Positions 27,311 through 37,895 of a DNA stretch of 64,000 nt are shown piece by piece. This DNA is from Candidatus Binataceae bacterium (lineage in GTDB: Bacteria; Desulfobacterota; Binatia; Binatales; Binataceae). Both the position numbers and the translations under genes were made by a program. Position 1 is the stretch's first letter, and every line of letters begins with the position of its first letter. The notes below the pieces were generated by a model, which was given only the letters and a program-made list of their open reading frames with translations, had not been told where the DNA came from and made no database searches. The stretch is from positions 27,264 to 91,263 of the forward strand of contig DATJID010000070.1 of NCBI GenBank assembly GCA_035493515.1. The letters run 5' to 3'.

Positions 27311-29659
27311 ATGCGTGACCGCGACCTGCGAGTGCTCGAGTTCCATAAAGTGATCGGACTGGTCGCCGCGATAGCGGCCTCCGAGCCCGGCCGCCGCGCC
27401 GTGGAAATGCTGCGACCCTCGGGCGACGCGGCCGAAGTCGCGGTCCGGCTCCGCGTCACGGCCGAGATGGTGTCGCTGCGGGCGCATGCCGGCGCGTTGC
27501 CGATGCAGGAGTTCGCCGACCAGCGCGAAATCCTGCTCGCCGCCGCACGCGAGGGCGCCGTGCTCGATGGCGTCTCGCTGCTGAGCGTGCGTGACTTCGT
27601 GCTCGCGGCGCGCCATGTCGCGGCCTTCATGCGTTCGCGCGTCGAGCCCTATCCGCATCTCGCCGCCGCAGCCCAGAATCTGGCCGCGCCCAAGGAGTTG
27701 GCCGACGCGCTGCTCGGCGCGCTGGCGGATGACGGAAGCCTGCTGGATGAGGCGAGTCCGCAGCTTTTGCGCCTGCGCAATCGGCTCCGCGCAGAACGGG
27801 TCGAGTTGGAGGCGCGGCTCGCTCGCTCGCTCAACGCCTCGGGAATGGAAGCATTTGTCTCCGACTACCTGGTCACTGTGCGCAATCATCGCTTCGTCCT
27901 GCCGCTCAAGCTCAACTACTCCGAGCGGCTGGAGGGAATCGTGCAGGACCGCTCGGTCTCGGGCGAGACGCTGTTCGTTGAACCGATGTGGGCGGTCGAG
28001 CTCAACAACCGCCTGCTGATGCTCGAACGCGAGGTCGAGGCCGAAGAGCGGCGCATCCTGGCCCATCTGACCGCGATGATCCGCGGCTACGGCGTCGAGC
28101 TGCGGCTGACCTTCGACGCGATGGTGGCGCTCGACGCGCTCAACGCGCGCGCGATTTTCGCCGAGCGCCTGCGCTGCATCGAGCCTCTGCTCGGCGGCTT
28201 CGGCGAGAGCGGCCTCGAACTCGTCGAGGCGCGCCATCCGCTGCTGATTGCTGGTGGCCGGGAGGTCGTACCAATCGACGTGCGGATTGGCGCCGGCCTG
28301 CATGGCATCGTGATTTCCGGCCCCAACACGGGCGGCAAAACCGTCGCGCTCAAGACTATCGGGTTGCTCGCCCTGATGGCGCAGGCCGGACTGCTCATCC
28401 CGGCGCGCGAGGGTAGCCGCGTCATCGTCTTTCGCAGCATCTTTGCCGACATCGGCGATGAGCAATCGATCGAGGCAAGTCTCTCGAGCTTCGCCGCGCA
28501 TATCGCCAACCTGAGCGCGATGGCGGCCGCGCTCGAAGAGCCGGCGCTGGTCATTCTGGATGAGCCTGGCGAGGGTACCGATCCGGTCGAAGGCGCGGCA
28601 CTCGCGATTGGCCTGATGACTTACCTGGGTCAGCGACGCTGCCTGGTCGCGATTGCTACTCACTCGGCCGCGATCAAGCTTCACGCATATTCGCGCGCCG
28701 GCTTCGAGGCCTCGGCCGTCGATTTTGACGCCGAGAACCTTCAGCCGCTCTATCGCCTCAAGCCGCACACGATCGGCCAAAGCTACGGCCTCGCCGTTGC
28801 CGAGCGCCTGGGCCTGCCGGGCGAAATCGTGAGCGCCGCTCGTGAGGCGATGCCGGCCGGCGCGGCGGAGGTCGAGCGCGTGCTGGGACTGCTCGAAGCG
28901 GAGCGCGCCGCGGTTCGCGCCGAGGCCGAACACCTTCGGGCGGAGCAGCGGCGCGCGGTCGAACTCGCAGCCGAGGCCGAGGAGACGACTCGACGCGGAC
29001 GCGCGCATATCGAGACCGAGCGCGAACGAGTGGTGGCGGAAGGCAAATCGCTGATTGCCGACCTGCGGCGGGAAAGCGCGGCGATCGCCGAAGAAGTAAG
29101 GGCGGGGCGCAAAATGCAGCGCGAGCTTGGCTCGATGCTCGGGCGGGCGGCGCAACGGGTCGCACAGATGGCGCCCAGCGCCGGCACTGACGAGGGCGGT
29201 GCGGCGCGCGAACCGCTCAAAGTAGGCGACCGGGTCGAGTTCGGCGACATCCAGGGCGAACTTATCGCGCTGGAACCGGGGCGCGCGGTCGTGAGCCGCG
29301 GCGGACTCCGAATCGAAGTCGCGCCGGAGCGATTACGCCGCGCTCAGAGCCGAGGTGCGGCGCACGATCGCGTACCCAAGGTGACGGTCAGCGCGGGGCC
29401 CACACCGGACGGCGCCGAGAGCGAGCTTAATCTCATCGGGATGCGTACGGCAGACGCGCTTCGGCGGCTGGAAGAGTTCCTCGATCAGGCTTACCTGACC
29501 AGCCGCACCGAGGTGCGAATCGTACACGGGATTGGATCGGGCGCGCTCAAGAAGGCGGTCCACGAATATCTCGCCGACTCGCCGTATTGCGCGGGGTTTC
29601 ATCAGGCCGACCCGCATCGCGGCGGCGCCGGCGCCACGGTCGTGCGGCTCAATTTATGA
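27311..29659 (+). CDS. mutS2: Endonuclease MutS2 (MutS domain + C-terminal Smr)
   Basis: Walker A ISGPNTGGKTVALKT, DEPGEGTDP, and a C-terminal Smr domain (LNLIGMRTADAL...VRIVHGIGSGALK). Confidence 0.9.
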   Translation: MRDRDLRVLEFHKVIGLVAAIAASEPGRRAVEMLRPSGDAAEVAVRLRVTAEMVSLRAHAGALPMQEFADQREILLAAAREGAVLDGVSLLSVRDFVLAARHVAAFMRSRVEPYPHLAAAAQNLAAPKELADALLGALADDGSLLDEASPQLLRLRNRLRAERVELEARLARSLNASGMEAFVSDYLVTVRNHRFVLPLKLNYSERLEGIVQDRSVSGETLFVEPMWAVELNNRLLMLEREVEAEERRILAHLTAMIRGYGVELRLTFDAMVALDALNARAIFAERLRCIEPLLGGFGESGLELVEARHPLLIAGGREVVPIDVRIGAGLHGIVISGPNTGGKTVALKTIGLLALMAQAGLLIPAREGSRVIVFRSIFADIGDEQSIEASLSSFAAHIANLSAMAAALEEPALVILDEPGEGTDPVEGAALAIGLMTYLGQRRCLVAIATHSAAIKLHAYSRAGFEASAVDFDAENLQPLYRLKPHTIGQSYGLAVAERLGLPGEIVSAAREAMPAGAAEVERVLGLLEAERAAVRAEAEHLRAEQRRAVELAAEAEETTRRGRAHIETERERVVAEGKSLIADLRRESAAIAEEVRAGRKMQRELGSMLGRAAQRVAQMAPSAGTDEGGAAREPLKVGDRVEFGDIQGELIALEPGRAVVSRGGLRIEVAPERLRRAQSRGAAHDRVPKVTVSAGPTPDGAESELNLIGMRTADALRRLEEFLDQAYLTSRTEVRIVHGIGSGALKKAVHEYLADSPYCAGFHQADPHRGGAGATVVRLNL

Positions 29660-29723
29660 CCCTTGTGTCAGCCGGCTACATGACCGCTAAGAACGCGCCG
29701 GCATTTCCGCGTTATCCATTTAA

Positions 29724-29797
29724 TGAAACAACTTGCTGGCAAAACACTTGCCAGTAAAACACTTGCCAGCAAGACGACTTGCTAGTGAAACAACTTG
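29724..29797. repeat. Cluster of short direct and inverted repeats in the mutS2/asmA convergent spacer
   Basis: TGAAACAACTTG occurs at 29724-29735 and 29786-29797. A tandem 15-mer AAAACACTTGCCAG(T/C) occurs at 29741-29755 and 29756-29770. Small hairpins are CTGGCAA-aacac-TTGCCAG and AGCAAG-acga-CTTGCT. Confidence 0.4.
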
Positions 29798-32271
29798 TTC
29801 AGCGCGCCGCCCAGCGGGTTGTTGCCCGACGAGCCGTTCTTGGAATTGCCGCCCAGGTATTTATCCAGCAGTTTGCCCGCCTGCTTCTGCACCAAATGCC
29901 CGGCCGCGCGCTGCGCCAAGAACTGGATATCCGGCTGCACCGAGGGTTTGGGCAACTGACCGCTGATGCGCACCGGAATGTCAACCTGCTTTTGCGCGTT
30001 AGCCAGGTAAACCACGTTCTTCTTCTCGGACATCAGCTCGCGGCTCAACTCCTGTGACAGCAGGATATGCGCGTTCATGTCGATGTTCTTGTTCAGATCG
30101 AACCATCCGTCGGCGAGCGCGCTGTAATCGGGTGTCACGGCCTTGACGTCGTGCGAGGTAATTTTGGGGCCTTGGATAACGAACGTGAGGCCGAGCTCGG
30201 TCAGATTGGTGTCGGGCGAATTGAACAGCGCCGGATGGCGCGCGACGATCGATGGCGTGATTAGTGTGTCGATGCCGGGGACGCCCTGCACCTTGCGCAT
30301 CGCTTGCGCGCCGATGTTGACGCCGATTAGCTTGGCGTTGGCGACCGACATCTGGCCGTTGCCGTTAAGCGTCGGTTTGATCTTATCGAATGTGTCGCCG
30401 CGCCCCGCCACTCGCACCTGTCCCGTTAACTGGCCGCGCACCGTATCGGCCGCTTTGGATTTCTGCGACACCAATGCCTGCTGCAACTCGATGCCATGGA
30501 GATTCAGCCCCACGTTGAAGGCTGGTGCGGCGCCGAGCGTAGTCCGCGCGTTGCCGTCGAGCGTGCCGTTGAAAGCGGCGAGCTTGAGCGAGCTTACCGT
30601 GACCGCCTGCCCATCGTAGACGGCGTCCATCGCGAGGTTGCGATACGCTACATTTTGCGCCATCCCGGACGGCGACGCCGCAACCGCGGTCACAGTCGGT
30701 GCCGACATCGCGCCGCGGACCGTGCCCTTGACCGCTAGTTGATCGAGGTGGTCGGCGGCGGCTTCGGGCTTCGGATTGGCGGTCAACTCGGCCGGCTTTA
30801 CCACGTCGGCGCTAAAGTCGTAGTTCGCGTTTATCGGCTGAATCGATTGCGCGTTGACCGTCAGCCGGGCGTGGCCCGATCCGAGGTTGAACGCGAGCGG
30901 GCCGGCCGTGGCGCTCTTGCCCGCCATCTTGATATCGCCGCTCAGTCCGCTCACGATCGAGCGCTTGCCGGGCGGCGTGACCGTGACCGAAGCCAGCGTC
31001 ACGACCCCATCGACCTCGGGCTGCTTCTGGATCATTTTGACTGTGGCATGAATCTCGGCTTTACCCGAGGCGTTGTACTTGCTGAGCGCGACCAGCATCT
31101 TGCCCATCGAGGCGAGGTCGAACCGGTTGCTGTCGAGCCGCGCGCTGAGATTCTGGCCGAGCTTAATCTGGCCGGCCTTCAGATTCAGATCGCCAAGCAC
31201 CAGCGTCGCACTCTGCACTTCGACCTGCGCCGACCCTCCGACGTCCTTTCGCGTTCCAGCTGCCGTCAGCTTGAGCGGCACGCCCGCCGCCTTGTCGAGC
31301 AGGCCGGTGTACATGACCTGGTTGCCGGTCAGATCGGTCACGAGATTGAACGCGAGGGCCTCAAGAGTGCCGTTGACCTTGACCGTGGCCGTGACCGGGT
31401 TGGTGAGCCTCAGCTGGGGCGGCAATGCCGTGGCGATTTGCGGCACCACCTTTAGCTGGTCGACGGTGAGCGGCCCGGCGTCCAGGTCAAACGCGAGCGG
31501 TATGGAGGTAAGGTCGATCGCGCCGTTAGTCATCAAGGGTCCGACCTTGCCGGTCAGCGCGAGATTTCTCTCCTTACCAAATGCCGCCAGGCTCAGCTTG
31601 ATGTCGATCGGCGTGCTGATAGCGAGGTTCTCTACGTCGAGGTCAACCGAACGCAGCATGAGCGCCGAGCCGCTCGGGTCCTGGTAAACCAGCGTCGCAT
31701 TCTCGGCCGTGAAGCTTGAGACCGATACCTCGCCCAGCGCTCCCGCACCCGCGGGCGTTTGCCCGGCGGGTTGCGCTCCGGTCAGGGGCGCGCTCGTGAG
31801 CGGCTGTCCGCCCGCGGGCGGCGCCGTCGGCGTTGGGGCCGCGGCCCCGCCGGCCGACGGGTTCCGCCCTATCGAGCTTAAGTTCAATTCGCCGCGCTTG
31901 TTTTTGATGATGTGCACGACGGGCTGCTTGAGCGAGATCTGCTTGATTTCGACCCGACGGCTCAGCAGCGGCATCAGCGCAACCCGCGCATATACGTCGG
32001 CGGCCTGCACGAACGGTTGCTGGGAGAAAGCCGGATCGTCGGCGATCGTGACGCCGTGAAGGTCCGCGATTACCCCCCATCCGAGGCTCGCGCGGATGTC
32101 CTGGACGTCGACCTTGCGGCCGACCGCGGCGCTGGCCTTCGACAGGATAAGGCCGCGCTGCCGCTGGATGATCGCGTTGAGGTTGAGCACGGCATAAAAC
32201 CCGGCCGCGACCACCAGCACCACGATGACGCCGAGCACGATGATGACTGTCCGGATGAGCTTGCGCATCAC
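29782..32271 (-). CDS. AsmA family outer-membrane biogenesis protein
   Basis: N-terminal TM anchor (IRTVIIVLGVIVVLVVAAGFYAVL), an AsmA N-domain pattern (VDVQDIRASLGWG...VEIKQISLKQPVVHIIKNKRGELNL), a long beta-rich body and an AsmA_2-like C-terminus. Confidence 0.8.
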   Translation of the reverse strand: MMRKLIRTVIIVLGVIVVLVVAAGFYAVLNLNAIIQRQRGLILSKASAAVGRKVDVQDIRASLGWGVIADLHGVTIADDPAFSQQPFVQAADVYARVALMPLLSRRVEIKQISLKQPVVHIIKNKRGELNLSSIGRNPSAGGAAAPTPTAPPAGGQPLTSAPLTGAQPAGQTPAGAGALGEVSVSSFTAENATLVYQDPSGSALMLRSVDLDVENLAISTPIDIKLSLAAFGKERNLALTGKVGPLMTNGAIDLTSIPLAFDLDAGPLTVDQLKVVPQIATALPPQLRLTNPVTATVKVNGTLEALAFNLVTDLTGNQVMYTGLLDKAAGVPLKLTAAGTRKDVGGSAQVEVQSATLVLGDLNLKAGQIKLGQNLSARLDSNRFDLASMGKMLVALSKYNASGKAEIHATVKMIQKQPEVDGVVTLASVTVTPPGKRSIVSGLSGDIKMAGKSATAGPLAFNLGSGHARLTVNAQSIQPINANYDFSADVVKPAELTANPKPEAAADHLDQLAVKGTVRGAMSAPTVTAVAASPSGMAQNVAYRNLAMDAVYDGQAVTVSSLKLAAFNGTLDGNARTTLGAAPAFNVGLNLHGIELQQALVSQKSKAADTVRGQLTGQVRVAGRGDTFDKIKPTLNGNGQMSVANAKLIGVNIGAQAMRKVQGVPGIDTLITPSIVARHPALFNSPDTNLTELGLTFVIQGPKITSHDVKAVTPDYSALADGWFDLNKNIDMNAHILLSQELSRELMSEKKNVVYLANAQKQVDIPVRISGQLPKPSVQPDIQFLAQRAAGHLVQKQAGKLLDKYLGGNSKNGSSGNNPLGGALNKLFH

Positions 32272-32427
32272 AGCATCCTTTTTCCCGCCCCGAATAGCCG
32301 AAGAGATTCATTCTCCACCGAAGCGGGCGGCTATGACAACGTCGCCGCGCCTCAATCTGCGTCGCGTTACTGTCGCCGCGTCGCTGTGATGCGCGAGGCG
32401 GGAACAATCGGTAGGCTTTAACCTCAG

Positions 32428-33273
32428 ATGGCCAAGAGGCGAAAGACTCATCCGCCGCGCGAGACCCCGCCGCCCAGGCCCAAGGCGGAAAAGCCGGCCT
32501 TCGGTTCGCCGTTCAAAGACTTGAAGAAGCTGCTGAACGATCGGCCGCAGCCTGAACGCACTGGCCAACCGTCAAGCCAGGCTTTCGGCCAAGCTCTCGG
32601 CAAAGCCTCCGCTAAAACACCGGCCGCCGCAGCGGAGGCAAACGCTGCAGCCGCAGCGAGCACCTTGGCGGAGTCGGAGTCCGAGCCAATGCTCGATGAC
32701 GCCACGATGTTTCGTCAGGCCGTCGACGGAGTGCGCCGGTTGGGCGACCAACGTCCGGTCCGCGTCGTTCCCAGGCCGGAGGTGACGCGCGAAGTCGTGA
32801 GCGAGGATGCCGAAGTGCTCGCGCAGCTATCAGATCTCGTCTCGGGAGCGGGCACGTTCGAGCTTAACGAGACCGAGGAATACACCGAGGGCACGCGGCT
32901 CGGACTCGACCCGCGGCTGGTGACGCGGCTTCGCCGCGGTGAGTTCGCGGTGCAGGCGCATATTGATCTTCACGGGAAGATTCAGGCCGACGCCAAGCTG
33001 GCGCTGGAAGGATTCGTCGTGGACTCGGTGCGCAAGGGATTGCGCACGGTGCTGGTCGTGCACGGACGCGGCCTGCGCTCGCCGGGCGGGATGCCGGTGC
33101 TCAAGCATGCCGCGGCGCAGTGGCTTTCGCATGGGCATATGGGCGGGTACGTGCTGGCGTTCGCGACCGCGCGGCCGGCCGACGGCGGCGCGGGTGCGAT
33201 GTACGTGCTGTTGAGACGTGATCGCCGCCGGGCCAAATTCGACGTGCTTCAGGGGGCCAAGCGCCGCGACTGA
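32428..33273 (+). CDS. Smr domain protein (small MutS-related)
   Basis: C-terminal Smr domain: DLHGKIQADAKLALEGFVVDSVRKGLRTVLVVHGRGLRSPGG...LK. The N-terminus is disordered and Ala/Pro-rich. Confidence 0.75.
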   Translation: MAKRRKTHPPRETPPPRPKAEKPAFGSPFKDLKKLLNDRPQPERTGQPSSQAFGQALGKASAKTPAAAAEANAAAAASTLAESESEPMLDDATMFRQAVDGVRRLGDQRPVRVVPRPEVTREVVSEDAEVLAQLSDLVSGAGTFELNETEEYTEGTRLGLDPRLVTRLRRGEFAVQAHIDLHGKIQADAKLALEGFVVDSVRKGLRTVLVVHGRGLRSPGGMPVLKHAAAQWLSHGHMGGYVLAFATARPADGGAGAMYVLLRRDRRRAKFDVLQGAKRRD

Positions 33274-33595
33274 TTCGTGCGCAGTCGCGCGAAGTTTGTT
33301 TGGCTGTCAGCTACCCTAAACCCCCGGCTGTCGAATAGACCTTCATCCCCTCGTCGCGCTCGACTTGAAAATAGTATTGCTCGCAGAATTTCCAGCGTAA
33401 CAATTGCAGCCCTCAATGGTTCCCCTTCCTGCTAGCAAAAAATTGTTAGAGGATTTTGGCGCGAATCCGAGGCGGCACATTCGTTGCTCGATTCTCGGCT
33501 ATAGATTCGTTGCGCTGACCGGAGATTCCGCAAGAAATTCACCGGGCCGGCGGCCGCATTTCCCATTTCCTTCAACTGCCGGCTTGAATCAGGCT

Positions 33596-36500
33596 ATGGA
33601 TGAACTCGCCATATCGCGTAATAACGTTGAAACGCCGCACCTTATTCGGCTAAGCAGAGACGATTCGCGGACGACGATTAGCGCCGAAAATGTAGCTTCA
33701 CTTCAGGCTTCGCTGAAACAGGATATAGAGGGCGAGGTCCGATTCGATAAGGGTTCACGCGCGCTTTACGCCACCGACGGATCGAACTATCGGCAGGTTC
33801 CGATAGGCGTGGTGATTCCTCGCCACGTGCAGGACGTCGAAACCACCGTGCGACTGGCGCGAGCCCATAGTGCGCCGGTGCTCTCTCGCGGCGCGGGGAC
33901 GAGTTTGGCCGGCCAGTGCTGCAATGTCGCGGTGGTTATGGACTTTTCTAAGTACATGCACCGCGTCCTCGATATCGACGCCGACCGCCGCCTCGGCCGG
34001 GTGCAGCCGGGCTGTGTTCTGGATCATTTTCGTGAGACCGCGAAGCAACGAGCCGGCTTGTTCTTCGGGCCCGATCCCTCAACTCACAGCCGGTGTACGA
34101 TCGGCGGAATGCTGGGTAATAACTCCTGCGGCAGTCATTCGCTGTTGAGCAAAAAAAACGGCTTCGGAGTCCGCACGAGCGACAATACGCACTCCCTCGG
34201 TGTCCTGCTTTACGACGGCACCCGACTGCACGTGGGCGAAACGCCGCCACAAGAGTTAGAGGCTATCATCCGGGGTGGTGGTCGTCGTGGCGAAATTTAT
34301 TCAGCTCTTCAGTCGCTGGTGGATCGCTACGGTCCGATCATCCGCAAGAGATTCCCAAAACTCGAGCGTCGGGTTTCGGGTTACAACTTGGACGATTTGC
34401 TTCCTGAAAATGGCTTCAATGTCGCGCGGGCGCTGGTCGGCTCGGAATCTACCCTGGTAACGATTCTCGAGGCGACCCTGCATTTGGTCCCGTCGCCCAA
34501 GGCGCGAACCGTTACAATGCTCGGCTTTACGGATCTCTACCTCGCCGCCGAGTGCGCACTCGAGGTGCTGAACTTCAATCCGATTGCGTGCGAGGGAATC
34601 GACGAGTTGCTATTCGATTACGTCAAACAGAAGGGCTATGAGAGCGCGAACCTCGCGATACTGCCCAAGGGACCGGCATTCCTGCTCGTCGAATTCGGCG
34701 GAGACTCGAAAGCCGACAGTGACGATCAAGCCCGCCAAATGATGGACCATGTCAAAGGTCTGCAAAGTCGGGCGCCGGTGGACATGAAGCTATACGACGA
34801 TCCCCGACACGAGAAAATGATCTGGGACGTTCGCGAAGGCGCGTTGGCGAGCACAGCGTGGATCCCCAACCATCCCGACAACTGGCCCGGATGGGAAGAC
34901 TCAGCGGTGCCGGTCGAGGCGACTCCGCAATATCTACGCGATTTGCGCCAGCTGTTTAATAAATTTGGCTACCATCCCTCTCTTTATGGCCACATTGGTC
35001 AAGGCTGTATTCACTGCCGCGCATCGTTCGACCTTTACACCGCGCAGGGCATCGAGAAGTACAAGCGCTTTATGAATGAAGCCGTCGGGCTGGTTGTGAA
35101 GCATGGTGGAGTCGCTTCCGGTGAGCATGGCGATGGCCAGGCTCGCGGCCAGTTTCTGCCGCAGATGTTCGGCGACGAGATATTTGAGGCGTTCAAGGAA
35201 TTCAAACGAATTTGGGATCCGTCCAACCGGATGAACACCGGCAAGGTAATCAGTCTGGATGCCCCCGCCTACGGCATCACCGAAAACCTCCGGATTGGGC
35301 GCGATTACAATCCTCCTCAGCCCCCAACGCACTTTGCCTATCAATCCGATCGTCACAGCTTTGCCCGCGCCTCACTGCGTTGCGTCGGCGTCGGTGTCTG
35401 CCGCCGCGAAGGCGGAGGCACTATGTGTCCTTCTTATATGGTGACGCGGGAGGAGAAGGACTCCACTCGCGGTCGAGCACGAATGCTCTTCGAAATGATG
35501 AACGGGGAAGTGCTCAAGGATGGTTGGAGAAGTGAGGAAGTAAAGGATGCACTGGATTTGTGCTTTTCATGCAAAGGATGCAAGGGCGATTGTCCAGTTA
35601 ACGTGGACATGGCCACCTATAAAGCCGAATTCATGAGTCATTACTATGAAGGCCGACTGCGGCCGCGACATGCATATGCATTCGGCTGGATACATATCTG
35701 GGCCACGCTGGCATCGGTCGCTCCGTCAATTGCTAATCTGTTGACGCAGCTCCCGGGCCTCAGCTCGATAGCTAAACTCACAGCGGGAGTCCATCCGAAA
35801 CGCAAGCTACCATCGTTCGCGCCACAGACGTTCATCCAATGGTTTCGTACGCACCGGCAGAAACACCCGGATCGGCCGCCGGTCGTATTATTTGCAGATA
35901 CCTTCAATAACTATTTTCATCCTGATGTTGCGATAGCCGCGACAGAGGTGCTGGAGGATGCCGGGTTTCGAGTAATAGTGCCAGCGGATAACGTTTGCTG
36001 TGGCAGGCCCTTATATGACTTTGGGTTTCTCGAAATGGCCAAGCGATGGTGGGCCGACCTTTTACAAAAGCTCCGGCCCTACTACCAGGCGGGAGTCCCG
36101 ATGGTCGTGCTCGAGCCGAGTTGCTGGGCGGCTTTCCACGACGAATTGGCAAATCTGCTGCCCAACAGTCAGGACGCTCAGCGGCTCGGGGAGGTAACCT
36201 TTACGTTAAGCGAGTTTTTGCGTTCGAAGGCGCCTCAGTATCTCATTCCGAAGTTGGAACGAAGAGCTCTGGTCCATGGACACTGTTAGCAGAAGGCGCT
36301 CGAAAAGCTCAACGACAAAGAATTCGGCGTGCTCTTCGCGGAGAAAGAAATCTTCGACAAGATGGGCCTTGAGCATAGGCAGCCCGAAACCGGCTGCTGC
36401 GGGATGGCTGGCGCGTTTGGCTATGAGAAGGCAAATAATCATTACGAGGTCGGCGTGGCCGCAGGCGAGCGGGTGCTGCTGCCGCAAGTCCGCAAAGCGA

Positions 36501-36790
36501 GTGAGCATGATCTGATCATTGCCGACGGGTTCAGTTGTCAAGAGCAGGTGCTCCAGCAGACCGGCCGAGCACCTTTACACACAGCGCAGGTTCTTCAACT
36601 CGCAATTCATGGCCGCAGCGCTCTGCCTGCGGGAAGGCCGGAAGCACGGATCGTTTCAGAGCGCGAGCGGGGGATGCGCGCTTCGATGCTGAAGAGCGCA
36701 GCGATCGTTGGGTTCGGCGTCGTCACGGTCCTGGCACTCGCGGCGTCCTCTTCTCGCGGTAGCTTTCGTATTCCGCTCTGGAGGCGATAA
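33596..36790 (+). pseudogene. FAD-binding (GlcD-like) + Fe-S/CCG-domain (GlcF-like) fusion oxidoreductase interrupted by a single in-frame TAG at 36287-36289
   Basis: FAD_binding_4 (SRGAGTSLAGQ), a 4Fe-4S motif (CFSCKGCKGDCP) and CCG-type motifs are present. Track ORFs 33404..36289 and 36329..36790 are in the same frame, and the sequence after the TAG continues the family pattern (QKAL...ETGCCGMAGAFGYE...ADGFSCQEQ). The preferred start is ATG 33596. Confidence 0.7.
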
Positions 36791-37798
36791 ATGGTCGTTG
36801 GAAGAAACACAGTAGTCGTGGTCACGGGGGCTTCAGGAGGTGTAGGGCGCGCCACGGCGCGGCTGCTGGCGACACGGGGCGCCAAAATCGCCCTGCTGGC
36901 AAGAGGAACGGAAGGGCTTGAAGGTGCTCGGCGCGAGGTGGAAGCGCGGGGCGGACAGGCGCTGGCGATACCCACCGACGTCAGTCAATTCGATCAGGTG
37001 CAGGCGGCGGCCGATGCGATCGAACGCAAGTTTGGGTGCGTCGACCTGTGGATCAATAACGCCATGGTCTCGATGTACAGCCCTTTCATGAAAATGACGC
37101 CGACCGAGTTTCGGCACATCGTCGAAGTGACTTTTCTCGGACAAGTGTACGGTACGCATTGCGCGTTGCAGCAAATGATGAGCCGCGACCGCGGCGTGAT
37201 CATCCAAGTTGGTTCCGCACTGGCATTTCGTTCCATCCCGCTGCAGAGCGCCTATTGCGCAAGCAAACACGCTATCCAGGGATTCACCGAGTCGGTCCGC
37301 AGCGAGTTGATACACGAGAAGAGCAACGTGCGAATCACGCTTGTCAATATGCCGGCAATGAACACCACCCAATTTACCTGGACCAAGAATAAGATGCCAC
37401 ATAAGGCACGACCAACCGGAACGATCTTTCAGCCAGAGATTGCCGCTGACGCAATTTTGTTCGCCGCCGAAAATGATCGACGCGAAGTCATGGTCGGTTA
37501 CACCACGGTCGAAGCCACTCTGGGTGAAAAGATGATCCCGGGCGTGCTCGACCGTTACCTGGCCAAAGCGGCCTGGGATGGAGCAATGCTTCCGCAACGG
37601 ACCGATCCGAATCAGCTCGACAATTTTTGGAAACCCGTGTCAGTCGATCTCGGCGCGCACGGCGAATTCGACAAAATTGCCTGGAATTTCAGTCCGCAGC
37701 TATGGGCTACGAAAAATCGCTCGGCCCTTCTTAGCGGCCTCGCGCTTGCGGGCGTGGGCCTCGCTGCATCGTTACTCGGGCGGAGAACTCGAGTGTAA
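36791..37798 (+). CDS. Short-chain dehydrogenase/reductase with C-terminal membrane anchor
   Basis: VVVVTGASGGVGRATA (TGxxxGxG), the YCASKHA catalytic motif and a C-terminal hydrophobic helix LLSGLALAGVGLAASLLG. Confidence 0.8.
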   Translation: MVVGRNTVVVVTGASGGVGRATARLLATRGAKIALLARGTEGLEGARREVEARGGQALAIPTDVSQFDQVQAAADAIERKFGCVDLWINNAMVSMYSPFMKMTPTEFRHIVEVTFLGQVYGTHCALQQMMSRDRGVIIQVGSALAFRSIPLQSAYCASKHAIQGFTESVRSELIHEKSNVRITLVNMPAMNTTQFTWTKNKMPHKARPTGTIFQPEIAADAILFAAENDRREVMVGYTTVEATLGEKMIPGVLDRYLAKAAWDGAMLPQRTDPNQLDNFWKPVSVDLGAHGEFDKIAWNFSPQLWATKNRSALLSGLALAGVGLAASLLGRRTRV

Positions 37799-37895
37799 GC
37801 GCGAGCTGGTCGTGGAACTTAATGAAAATGGCATTTAAATGAACGCGCATCGATCACTGGCTGGACCGAGTCATCTCGGTCAAAGGAATTGAGTT

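Noticed and set aside
27233-29155. 640-aa ORF on the minus strand
   Set aside because: It is entirely antisense to mutS2, whose Walker A, MutS and Smr motifs are unambiguous. The product is Arg/Ala/Gly-rich low complexity with no motif. This is a typical high-GC shadow ORF.
33404-33595. 5' extension of the FAD/Fe-S oxidase ORF (MQPSMVPLPASKKL…)
   Set aside because: It starts at a non-ATG codon in low-GC intergenic-looking DNA. Family-like sequence begins only after ATG 33596. It is kept as an alternative start only.
36287-36289. TAG as a pyrrolysine codon
   Set aside because: No pylS, pylT or pylBCD genes are in the window, and the protein family is not known to me to use Pyl. The neighbouring genes are visibly decaying, so a nonsense mutation or sequencing error is the simpler explanation.
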